From: Hypanus sabinus
Lineage: Eukaryota
Direction of reading: 5' to 3'
Length of the DNA stretch: 64,000 nt
Assembly (NCBI RefSeq): GCF_030144855.1
Contig: NC_082731.1
Span: 29,574,001-29,638,000 of the forward strand
Shown: in pieces, positions 1-11,000 of the stretch
How the letters are laid out: every line of letters begins with the position of its first letter
Numbering within the stretch: the first letter of the stretch is position 1
Notes under the pieces: generated by a model
The model's database searches: none
Seen by the model: only the letters and a program-made list of their open reading frames with translations
What the model was told of the DNA's origin: nothing
Made by a program: the position numbers and the translations under genes

Positions 1-150
1 CAATTTAAACTTTACCCCACTTCTCCTGTACTTTCCCCTCAGATCAGCTGTAAATAAACACCATTCTTGAGAGGGCTGGAATTGGGGAACTTGCCCGGGA
101 TGAGGGGGAATGAAGTCCAAAACATAGGCAAAGCAATCATGTACTGACAG

Positions 151-468
151 ATATTAAATGTGTTACAGCTCCGAAGCTCAGCTCCCTTGTTCCATCCCGG
201 GAGATGATCCACAGTCAAGCAAATGCTGTCCTGGGCTGTGTGATATCTGGATTCTCTCCTGACAACGTTCAGGTATCCTGGAAAAAAGCTGGATCTGCCC
301 AAGAAGGCATCGTTCTCCCTTCCACTCGGAGATCTGATGGTGGATTTGAAACAATCTCTTACCTGACAGTGCCTGTGCAGGAATGGACCAAGGAACAGAA
401 ATATACTTGTGAAGTGAATCACACACCTTCCGGTTTCAGTGGTCAGGTCAACATGACGTATCAAGGGG
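151..468 (+). CDS. IgW: IgW heavy-chain constant exon CH2 (C1-set Ig domain); 5' end is either 151 (DIKCVTAPKL...) or 169 (APKL...)
   Basis: Translation ...AVLGCVISGFSPDNVQVSWKK...QEWTKEQKYTCEVNH...VNMTYQG has the canonical Cys/Trp/Cys. Phase-1 donor G|GTGAGT at 468/469. Two in-frame AG acceptors (149-150, 167-168). It is followed by the IgW-short type tail exon. Confidence 0.88.
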
Positions 469-828
469 GTGAGTGATGTCTGAAGAAAAATTAATTAACT
501 TAAAGCATTGAACTACCTAACTGATACTCCCACACAATTCCTGTCCCTACTGTCAATCTGGTTGAGTGATGTACAGATGATCTTTGCACTTTGAATCAAC
601 TCAAATCACCAGCAGCTTTAACCCCATCTACTGGGCGGGAAAGGTATAAGATGAGGTCACCTGTCCATTCTGTCCCAATAATTTTAGTTGTCTCTGTTTG
701 CAGTTATAATGAAAATGTTAGTGAGCAAAGCTCACGTCCCATGCTTTACCATCTGAAGAAAATCTCCCTTTCCCCTTCTCAGTGTTAGTTCCTCAAAAAA
801 TATCTCTGCAATTTTGTATTTGCTTCAG

Positions 829-896
829 TCCCCAGAGTCTGTTTCCAGTGTTTCCTGAGAGACTCTTCTGTCGATTGTCAACTCACTGAAATGTAG
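829..896 (+). CDS. Candidate alternative terminal exon after CH2 (VPRVCFQCFLRDSSVDCQLTEM*)
   Basis: Acceptor attttgtatttgcttcag, phase-1 compatible with the CH2 donor; 3 Cys including CxxC. No dedicated AATAAA and no homology evidence. Confidence 0.25.
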
Positions 897-1137
897 GTGC
901 CTGGATTATTTTTGAATTGATGCCCAGTCCTCGAGTGAATGTTGTGTCCTTGTCTCCTCAGCTCCTTGACCAGGGTCAGAGAGCACATGCATTTATCATG
1001 GCTGACATAACCTCATCCCGATAGGATGCAATATACAGAGGATAGAAAGTGGGAATATGTGGGGCTCCCTTTTTTCCAAGCATGGGAAAAGAGCTGAAAA
1101 TATCTAACATTTAAATCTATGAATCTTCCATTTCCAG

Positions 1138-1268
1138 GTGGAAACTGTCTCAAATGTCCTTTGAAGCCTGAGCCAAAGTTCTTTTACCAGAGTAATCTCA
1201 ATGCAACATTCTCCGATGGTTCTACCCTGCAGTATCATTGTTCTGAAGGAAAGTGTGAAATAAAGTGA
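1138..1268 (+). CDS. IgW: IgW short-form Cys-rich secretory tail exon (GGNCLKCPLKPEPKFFYQSNLNATFSDGSTLQYHCSEGKCEIK*)
   Basis: Acceptor atttccag at 1130-1137, phase 1, open to TGA at 1266-1268. It resembles the unusual Cys-rich tail of skate IgX-short/shark IgW-short as I recall it. Too short for the ORF track. Confidence 0.85.
1259..1264 (+). terminator. Poly(A) signal AATAAA overlapping the last codons of the short tail
   Basis: GAA ATA AAG TGA contains AATAAA; I saw no other canonical hexamer before the repeat at about 1435. Confidence 0.5.
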
Positions 1269-1434
1269 TTGGCTGTGTAATCAATTCGTCATTGAATTTC
1301 ATAACAATCCATTTACTGGAATCCCGACCTGCCCCTGGTATCCATTGGGATGGAAATTTAACAAAGAGAGAAGAAAACACATGATTCAAACTGACTACCT
1401 CTCCAATCACAATTCTATTCGACTTTCTATTATC

Positions 1435-2050
1435 CTTGTGGCCACCTTTTTCAATTTGACTTCCCATTCCCATTCTGACATGTCTGTCCATGGTCTCCTC
1501 TACTGCCCTGGTGAGGCCAAAGTCAGGTTGGAATAGCAAAACCTCATATTCCATCCAGATATCTGCCAGTCTGATAGCTTGAGTTCTAATTTCTGCAACC
1601 TCCAGTAATCTCCCCCCGGTCCGTTAATCCCCTTTTTTTCTAATCCCCATATTAGATACCACCTCATTCTATCACTTCTCCTCATCTGCCCATCATCTAC
1701 TTTTGGTTCCCTTCCTCTTGAACATTTCCTCTGTGGTCCACTGTCCTGTCAGATTGCTTCTGCTTCAGCCATTTATCTCTTCCATTTATCGTCTACCAGC
1801 TTTCTTCTTCATACCCCCTCCCCATCCACACCATTTCCCCCTCACCTGGTCTCACCTCTCATCTGACAGAATGTATTCCTCTCCACTCCACCCACCTCTT
1901 ATTCTAGCTTCTGCCCCCTTCCTTTCCAGTACCGGCCCAAAAGATCGACTGTTTATTTCCCTCCATAGACGCTGCCTGACTTCCCATGTTCCTCCAGCAT
2001 TTTGTGTGTGTTGTTCAAGATTTCCAGCATCTGTAGAACCTCTTGTGTTT
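1435..2050 (+). mobile_element. Penelope-like element remnant (GIY-YIG C-terminus plus pyrimidine-rich terminal repeat)
   Basis: VATFFNLTSHSHSDMSVHGLLYCPGEAKVRLE*QNLIF resembles the C-terminus of chondrichthyan Penelope endonucleases; degenerate. Confidence 0.6.
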
Positions 2051-4039
2051 CTGGTTGTCCATACTCTCATTCATTCGTGTAGATTGTTGCTTCAGTGTGA
2101 CTCCGATCCCAATTCCAGTTTCCTTGGCCAGATTCCCTCCTGTCTGACTCCAGTCAGCAAGAACTGGAACCTGTCTTTCACCCAGTGGCTGTGAGGCATG
2201 AGGTGATGAAGGTGAATGGGGCAGAAATTCCAAATTGACTCAGACAAAGGATGGATGACCCTTTGATAATGTTGGGCACAAGACAAATTGGTGAAACAAG
2301 ACATGGGGTCTACCCAGTCTCCTGTCCAATCTGACATGATTTGTGTGTAATTCCTGGATCAGACAAATTGCTAAAGTTACATTGATCCACGTGCGGGACA
2401 CTGAATTCAGTCCAAGAGGGAAACTCAGAGATCCCAAAGAATGTCAGCAAGGACAATGTTTTGTTAAAATTACCCAAGCACTGACAGAATGCTATGCTTC
2501 TTGTGGAATAATTCAGCAATAAGGGGAGCGATCCTGACTCTGTCAGGTTTTATGAGAGGATCACATTTCCCAGGGACTGCTGAACATCAAGACCCGGCTG
2601 ATATGGGACCAAACTGAGAAACCTGCCAAAACACATCTAACAACATCACAGTGCTGATTAAACTGGGATTCACAATTCTGTAACCCTTCAGTGTACACCA
2701 AGGTTTGCAGATTTGTGATATTACACAACAACAATGATCGTCTAGACTACACCCATGGACTTTCCGCTTTAAAAGAAAATTGCTCATAATCTTACTGACA
2801 TGAGAAAGGTTAAGAAATACACATCATACTTTGTCAGCTGATCCGTCCCAGTCAGACTGGACAGTGTGTGTTACATCTGCTCTTTCTTCAGACAAAGACA
2901 CTGACTCACAGTCTCACTGAAGGACTCAACCGTGACACAAACACAATCAGCCTCCACACTAAATGTCAAAGAGCAAAAGGGGACCGAGTGTGTAAATGGT
3001 GTACACAAAGTGCAGAGAGCTGCAATGTACGTGAACTGATGATCGTGCATTGGGAGACGGCCTCAACAACTTCACACAAAACCGACACTAACCCAGAGGA
3101 CAGGTGACCCAACACTTGATCAAAGAGCTGTTTTATTCATTTATCATTTCCTATCAATCACTGATCGCTCTGGAACTGAGGGACTTGCTGCCTCATTCCT
3201 GATGGTGATTCAGGTTCAGCCGTGTTGCTGCAGGTCTGGAGTCACAGACCAGCCGGACCAGATGGGACTCTCCGGAAGTTATCACAGGGAATGACACTAC
3301 AAATACCTCCGTAGACATGTTTCTATTCCAAAAAGCATTGATGGATTGAATTGAAACTCCCATCCACCAGGTTGGGATTTGAAACTATTTTCCCAGTTCA
3401 TCAGCCCAGCAACTTAACAACACACTTTGACCATGGCTGCTCATTTCAAGAGAGACAGAGGCTTCAGTGTTTGTACGCAGGAATGCTAAAACCACAGGCA
3501 CCAGCAGAAGTAGTGCAGGTGAATGAGGGAGCAGAGTTGAAAGAACACGATGTTTTCTGAAGTTAGTGTTGGCCGTGAAGGTTGCAGAGATGAGGAGAGG
3601 CACAGCCACAGTAAGACTGGAATGTCAGGATGTGAAGTTATTAAACTGAGTGAATCCCAGGCTCAGCCCAGATGGAGAAAGGGATTCTCATTGATTCACA
3701 GTGTTCATTGTTACTGATCAATGGCACTCAGTCTCCAAGCAAAGAATATACTGAGCTGTTTCTCTGCTGAGAAATCTGCATGCTTCTCTGTCTCACAGTG
3801 AACCAATTGGTACAGTTATTAGAAAGGGATTCAAAACTGATTAGCACATCCTTTGTTCTGATTTTCTTTTCTGAATCAAAACTTGGAGGAATGTGAGACA
3901 CGTGATTCAGTCATGGGTGTTTCTGTTACTCTGTTTGCATTAAATGCAGCTGACATGTTCTGATGATCTGTCTTGACTTAACACAACCAATAGAAATATC
4001 TCCAGTAAGAGTCTAAGCATTTCCATTTCTAATCCACAG

Positions 4040-4342
4040 AATTGTCAGTCTTTATTCAAAATCCCGACATTGAAGAGATGTGGATCGACAAGACTGCAAC
4101 CGTGAAGTGCACGGTTCTCTGTACAGATCCCGAAGATATCCACATCTCTTGGCACGTGGGTGGGAAGGAGAAAACAAAAGGAATTCACACACATCAAGCG
4201 GCGAGGGACGGGTCCCGATACAGAGTGCTCAGCGAACTCCAGATCAGTGTGGAGGAGTGGTTCAGTGGGATAGAGTACGAGTGCTCTGCTCAGGAATCTC
4301 CTTCATCTTCCCGAGTGTCAGCACGGACCAATAGTACCAAAG
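4040..4342 (+). CDS. IgW: IgW constant exon CH3 (IgNAR C2 homologue)
   Basis: Acceptor ccacag|AA; LSVFIQNPDIEEMWIDKTATVKC...W...SVEEWFSGIEYECSAQ; phase-1 donor G|GTGGGC. Confidence 0.92.
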
Positions 4343-4428
4343 GTGGGCAAGAGACCAGCGATTAAATGACCAGCATTCGATACCTGAGTCAAAATGTTTG
4401 AGAATTCCTGTTTTCTTGTCTATTCCAG

Positions 4429-4746
4429 TCGAGATAAAAAGTCCCAAGGTCAGACTGCTGCCTCCACCTCAGGAAGAGACCAAGAAAAGGCAAATGGCCA
4501 CACTGGAGTGTGTGGTCTCTGGGTTCTACCCGGACCAAATAAATGTCATCTGGGAGAAACACAACACCGTGATCACCTTCAACACCACTGCTACACCGAC
4601 CGCTCTGGAGCAGGGGTGGACTTTCAGTGCCAGACACTTCCTGACCGTGAGTTTAGAGGAGTGGAAGACAGAATCAGTCTTCAGCTGTACAGTGATTCAT
4701 CCCCCTTCCAACACCCGTATCAAGAAGCAAGTGAAGAACATCCAAG
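4429..4746 (+). CDS. IgW: IgW constant exon CH4 (IgNAR C3 homologue)
   Basis: Acceptor tattccag; PKVRLLPPP...TLECVVSGFYPDQINVIW...EEWK...FSCTVIHPPS; donor G|GTAGGG; 86-nt intron from CH3. Confidence 0.92.
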
Positions 4747-6075
4747 GTAGGGTCCTGGTTCCTCACCCCATTATTGAAATTGTTTACATTGTGCTATGAA
4801 TTCAAGGTCAACGCTAAATCAGAGTGTAGTTCTGGTTTAGTTATATGAGGGAACTGATAAAATTCCAAGTACATTTATTATCAAAGTCTGTGCACCATAG
4901 ACAACCTTGAGATTCTCTTGTTACAGACACTCACAAAGCAAAGAAACAGAATAGAATTCAGAGTCAAACATTCAATGTGAGAAAAAGAAAGAACAAGCTG
5001 TGTAAACAATATAATGATTCAAACAAACAATCCACAGAACCTGAACCGCAGAGTCCCCTGAAGTGAATCCACAGCCACGTCACCAGTTCAGCACTGCAAC
5101 CGGTCCAGGAGACCGATGGCTGCAGGCCACGGCCACGGAGCCAGGCTCAGTGCTGAGGTGAGTGCCGATGGCTGCAGGCCACAGCTGCAGAGTCAGTTCA
5201 GTGCTGAGGTGAGGGAAGCCTCATAGAGTAGTGAGCTGAATACCGGTTTGTCCATTGTCTCAGCCTCAATGCCATCACCTTATTAATCTCGCTTGGCACT
5301 TAAATTGGCCAATCATCGGTTTGTTTTCCGCTCTCAACCAACATAATCCACATTTTCACCATCAAAACAATAGTATCCCAGAAAATACTTTCAGAACTGG
5401 AGGAGAATCCAGATCATTTCACTGGACAGACACTCTGGAAATCACTGTTACTCATCTTCAAGATGCTCCCTCCCTTTACCTGTGAACATAATCCAAGCCC
5501 CTGATTAGTGCCTGAGTTGGGACTGAATTTCCAGCAGAGCAGCTCTCCCTCTGCTCCTGTGTGGGAACAGTCAGCCTGGACGATGTGTAGAAGCCTCTGG
5601 AGGGCGGCTTGAACACACAACATTCTGACAAAGCAGAAGCAAATGTTAGTTACACCTAACAGAGAAAAAGAGTGCATTTAATATTAGTCACAAAAACTAA
5701 AAGTTTCTCATAAATTCTGTAATATGAAGTGTATTTTCTGCAAGATTTTCAAGTGATACTTTGCTCTGTTTCCTGTTCCACCAACACAGTCTGAAATACT
5801 GGTTATTTTCTGTATTTGTTTTAATAAGTGGCTGGCAACAGTTTAAGTGACTATGAAACTGCAAAAACAATGCAAGGGACAATCTTGTTCATTTACATTC
5901 CCTCAGGGTGTCTACCCAAGGGAAGATTCCTTTCTTCACCAATGTAGATTGGTCTCATCTTCTCTTGATGGGACTGGCAAATCATTGAGCAGAGACGAAC
6001 AGAAATGCTGGTCTTGTCAGTGAGAAATTCGTCCATTGGGGAATGGGGAAATAATAATTGTGACGTTTCTCCCAG

Positions 6076-6390
6076 ATGAATGTCCAGATACTTCAGTCAC
6101 TTTAAGCAAACCTTCCTTCGAAGAGATCTGGACGAAGAGGACAGCAACCATTCTGTGTGAGGTGGTTCACAGTGATTTACTGGGATTCAGTGTAACCTGG
6201 CAGGTGGACGGAAGGAAGAGGGAAGATGGGGTGAGGACTGTAGGTCCAGACAGCAATGGAGGTGAAGACAAGATCACCAGCAGACTGACAGTCCCTGCTG
6301 CAGAGTGGAACAGTGGGGCTGAGTTCTCGTGTGTGATAGAGGACGAGAGTTTGCCAACACCGGTGAAGAAATCCATCAGGAAGGACACAG
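6076..6390 (+). CDS. IgW: IgW constant exon CH5 (IgNAR C4 homologue)
   Basis: Acceptor tttctcccag; DECPDTSVTLSKPSFEEIWTKRTATILC...EWNSGAEFSCVIEDESLPTPVKKSIRK; donor G|GTACGT. Confidence 0.92.
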
Positions 6391-7042
6391 GTACGTGTGG
6401 ACAGAATTCAGTGTGAGTCTGATCTTAGCAATTTGACAGATTTATCACCATCCAGCACTGTGATAGACTATAGAAAATGAGAACAGGAGCAGGTCATTGG
6501 GTCTCTCGATCTGAACCATTCCGTCTGGTTTCGGCTGATCATCCAAACTCAATCAATATTCCTATTTTCTCCAGATATCCTTTGACCCATTCACATGAAG
6601 AAGTGCATACAACCCATTCTTGAATATATTACATGATAATTCTTCAAGTGCTTTCTGTGGGAGAGAGTTCCACAGGTTCTCACTCCCTCTCACACGTACA
6701 CAGCTAAGACTGCCACCCCTGCTCCAGGGGAGATGGAACAAACAGCACAGGATGATGCAAGTCCAGGGGCTGAGTTCCACTTTCCGTTGAGTTGCTGTGT
6801 TCAGCGACTCCCATTGATTGAACTGAATGGACTAACCTCGCTGGGAGCTGTAAAATGCAGCAGGTTCAAGATTTCCACTCCACAAATCCCAAAGATGAGC
6901 AGAAAGGGAAAAGCCTTTGGTTTCAGACAAAGTGAAGTCTCTCAGATTTAGAAATTGTTCATGTTGCTACAAGACCAGAATGTGTCGGGTAAGGAGGGAA
7001 TTACTGGAAGATTCATTCTAACTGAGATTCTCTCTGTTCCAG

Positions 7043-7428
7043 GTGGTGTTGTGACTCATCCTCAGGTCTACCTCCTCCCACCTTCATCGGATGAGGTAGA
7101 CACCGATCAGACTGGGACCTTGATGTGCCTGGTCACCAAGTTCTCTCCCGCAGACATCTATGTGGCCTGGATGGCCAATGACACCCTTCTGAAGACAGGG
7201 TTTGTGAACCAGCCGGTGACCAAGGACCCCAGAAAAGGCTGGAACACAATGACCAGTCAGCTGAAGGTTTCTCCTGAGGAGTGGAAGAGCGGCACCACTT
7301 TCTCCTGTGTGGTGGGTCATGAGTCGCTCACAACCAACCTGTTCCGAAGCATCAATAAATCTCACAGCAAACCCACCCTGGTCAATGTCTCACTTGTTCT
7401 GACTGATAGTTTTAAATCTTGTGTGTAA
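7043..7428 (+). CDS. IgW: IgW constant exon CH6 with canonical secretory tailpiece
   Basis: Acceptor tctctgttccag; HPQVYLLPPS...TLMCLVTKFSPADIYVAWMANDT...FSCVVGHESL. The tailpiece KPTLVNVSLVLTDSFKSCV* has an N-glycan site and a penultimate Cys. Confidence 0.93.
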
Positions 7429-7722
7429 CAATGTGTGATTCAATCCATGAAATCCTAGTTTTGTTAGTTTTATGATTATTAATTATCACAGAGGGTTATT
7501 TAGCTGATTAAAACATGTTTAAGATCTGGACCTTTTAAAATAATTAAGAATGAAATTAAGATCAAGAACCAAATTAAGGAACAAACATGATTCACCACAA
7601 ATCTCTGAGTTTGTACGTACATCCTAAGACCTTCTTCTGCCACGTTTGAATGGATTTCAACCCTGTGTGGGACTGCACAATGTATTAAATCTCTGTTTGT
7701 GTCAATGTACCGATCCAAGTGC

Positions 7723-7728
7723 AATAAA
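7723..7728 (+). terminator. Poly(A) signal for the long secreted form
   Basis: First AATAAA after the stop, about 295 nt downstream; an ATTAAA also lies at 7684-7689. Confidence 0.55.
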
Positions 7729-8099
7729 TATGATTTGAAAATGTTTTAGCTGTGATTTTTGGAGACGGGAAATAAGGAACTTTCGACATGAGGTGTGGTA
7801 GGTGACGCACACTCGGGGAAAAATAGATGTCTTTGTATCTATGGTGTCTAAACCCTTCCTGCATCAGGAGTCCCAACAATCAGCTGTCAACAAATGGTCA
7901 AAGAAATTAGAACCTGCGGCCATCTGACAAAGAGGTGAGAGTGCCAACCACTGACCAGACAATATATTTGTGTCAAAGATGTCGGATCACTGTTTGAGGG
8001 CTCCTTGCCCCCACTAACTTTGCTGCTCCTCATCTGGTTCATGTGTGACGCTAACTAAATGAAACATATCATTGTTGAGAACTGTTCTGTTGCAATGGT

Positions 8100-11000
8100 G
8101 CAGTTAAACATCTGTCTGTCAGGGCAGATGGTTTGCATCTGCACTGAAGGGGTCTGATATCCTCACAGGAAGGTTTACCAATGCTGCATGGGGGGTGCGG
8201 GTGTGGGCTGTTTAAACTAGAGTTGCAGGGGATGAGAACCAGAGGGTCAGGACAGATAGTGGAGAGGTTCTGGAGATAGATGTCAGGAATTAAACGGTTG
8301 AGCACGGTGTGAGCAATGTTCTCAGCTTTGTACATTTCAAAGCAAGTATTTTATAGGAAAGGCAAATGAGCTCATGTCATAGATTAACATAAGGAATTAT
8401 GATACCGTAAACATTAGTGAGACTTGGTTGCAGGAGAGGCAGGACTGGCAGCTCAATATTCCAGAGTTCCATTGTTTCAGACATGTCAATGCAGGAGGGA
8501 TTAAAGGGAGAGGAATGGTGTTACTTGTGATCAGTCTGGAGAGACTGGAGAACTCCTCTATTTAGGCTTTATAGGTGGGAATGAGGAATAGGAAAGGTAT
8601 GACCACGTTAATGGGCCTATATTAAAGACCACCCAACAGTCTACAGGATTTAGAAGTACAAGTTTGTAGGGAGATCACAGACTGTTGTAAAAAACATAAG
8701 GTTGTGATGGTAGGTCATTTCAACTTTCCACATATTGACTTGGACTCCCAGTCTATAAAAGGAATGGAGTTTGTGAAATGTACACAGGAAAGTTTCCTTA
8801 ATCGGCATGGAGAAGTCCCAACTAGAGTGTGTGGAATACTCGATGCCTTTTTAGGGAATGAGACAGGGCAGCTGACAGAAGATTGTATAAGGGAACACTG
8901 CATCTACTGATCAAAATGCAATTAGTTTCAAAAGAAATATGGAAAAGATAAATCTGGTTCACAGGTTCAGATTCTAAATTGGAGAAAGGCCAATTTTGAT
9001 GGTATCAGAAAGGATCTGGCAAGTGTGAGTTGGGACAGGGTGTTTTCTGGCAAAGGTGTTCTCGGTAAGTGGGAAGCCTTCAAATGTGAAATTTTGAGAG
9101 CACATTGCTTGTATGTGCCTGTCAGAATAAAAGGCAATGATGACAGGTTTAGGGAGCCTTGGTCTTCAAGAGATATTGAGGCCCTGGTGAAGAAGGAAAA
9201 GGAAATGCTCAGCAGGGTCAGGCAGGTAGGAACAAATGAGGTATTTATGGGGTATAATAACTGCAAAAAAAACCCTAAGAAAGAAATAAGAAGAGCTAAA
9301 AGAATGGACGAGGTTGCCCTAGCAGGCAAAGTGAAGGAGAATCCTAAGGGATTTGACAGATATGTCAAGATGAGGCAGTAAATTTGATTGGATATTGGTT
9401 TTGTGGAAGAAGCCAGAGATGGTAGCAGATGGTTGCTTCTCTGACTGAAGGCTTATGACTGGTGGAGTTCTGCAGGGATTGGTGCTGGGTCCATTGTTGT
9501 CTGTCATCTGTATCAATCACCTAGATCAGGGATGGCCAACCAGTGGTGCATTGTACCCCAGTGATAATAATAAAAAAGTAACCCCACTCATGCAAAAAGT
9601 ATTAACCAAAAACCAATTTGTAGAAAAAAAATCTACAACAGGAATTCAAGTAGCTTAGATCTAGAAATCGGATTTACTGAGAATAAATCTAAAACTTAGC
9701 AATTATTTTTAGTGATTTTATTACTTCGTGCACATCTTTCAGAGAATGCTATCTTCTTTGACATTAATCTGCTTTCAATTTAAAAAAATGTTCAATAAGT
9801 CAAACTAGGAAAGAAGGACTTTTGTTCTGTAGTTGTTCCATAACTGTTCAATACAAGTTTGATACTTGTTTGATCCTCAGGTGCCAGGCATCTGCACCAG
9901 TGATGCATCGCAGGCTCTTGCCAGTCAGTTTACAATTGACACTCATGTGCTATGGAGTTGTGCGTTGGTCATCTTTTGTGAACATTTGCCGTTTTGTACT
10001 TTTTCAAAAATTAAGCCTTGGTTTTACATTCAGTTACCCATCATGGTGCAAAAGAAAATGAGCAAAAGAAAGCAGAAAGTGTTAGTAAGCATGAACAGTG
10101 GGAAAATGAGTTCTTATTTATAGCCGATCTGTCAGGAAAATCGTTGTGCATTGTTCATGAAAACACTTTCTCACATAATACAAGACATGATCTTAATAGA
10201 CACTATAAAACACAACATCAGACAGAAATAGAAGGAAAACTGAAGCTAGTGCTTGGGTCTGAGTTACGGAAAGAATATGTGATTATGAAAAAGGAAGGAG
10301 TCAAAAGGAGAGAAAATATACTTGTTAAAAGAAGTTGTTAAAGTTTGGCAATGACTGAAGCATCCTACGAAATTACTTTAGCGTTGGCCAAAAATGGAAG
10401 TCTTTCTCTGATGGAGAAGAAATTGTTAAGCCTTGTCTGCAAATATTTGCAAGATGTCTTGGTGATAAAAGTATCGAAAGGAAAGTACTTGTAGATGAAA
10501 TTGCTCTGTCAAAGCAGTTACGAGAAGCACCGAGGAGCTCTGTCATGATGTATCTGAGCAACTGAAAGACCTTGTCCATGCTTGTACTTTCTTTTCTTCA
10601 GCTTTGGACGAATCTGCTGACGTATGTGATGAAGCCCAGTTAAACATTTTTATAAGAGGAATTGATGATAATTTTAGCATCTTTGACAAACTTATTGGTC
10701 TTCAGTCTCTTCATGGAAAAACAAGAGGATCAGACATATTTGACAAAGTGAAATCATGTCTAGAAAATCTACAACTAGATTCCAGTAAACTCATTGCTCT
10801 TTGTACTGATGGAGCGCCGGTAATGATAGGTAAAGCCGCTGGGACTACTGCTTGAAAACTTTTTAGGTTGTCCTCTACTAAAATACCACTACATTATACA
10901 CCAAGAGTTACTGTGTGGAAAAACTTTAAATTTGCAGCATGGTATGCTACTGGTTGTGAAATGTGTGAATAAAGTTAAAGCTAGAGGATTAGACATGAGA

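Noticed and set aside
2868-3107. 79-aa Cys-containing ORF between the short tail and CH3
   Set aside because: No Ig fold pattern, and the acceptor is phase-incompatible with CH2 (phase-1 reading stops after 8 codons).
3794-3830. Perfect CACAGTG heptamer upstream of CH3
   Set aside because: No nonamer at a 12 or 23 spacing.
5907-5947. Possible secretory mini-exon after CH4 (GCLPKGRFLSSPM*)
   Set aside because: The acceptor is plausible, but no poly(A) signal follows and there is no similarity to the other tails.
7354-7359. AATAAA inside CH6
   Set aside because: It lies in coding sequence (I-N-K) upstream of the tailpiece; use would truncate the ORF.
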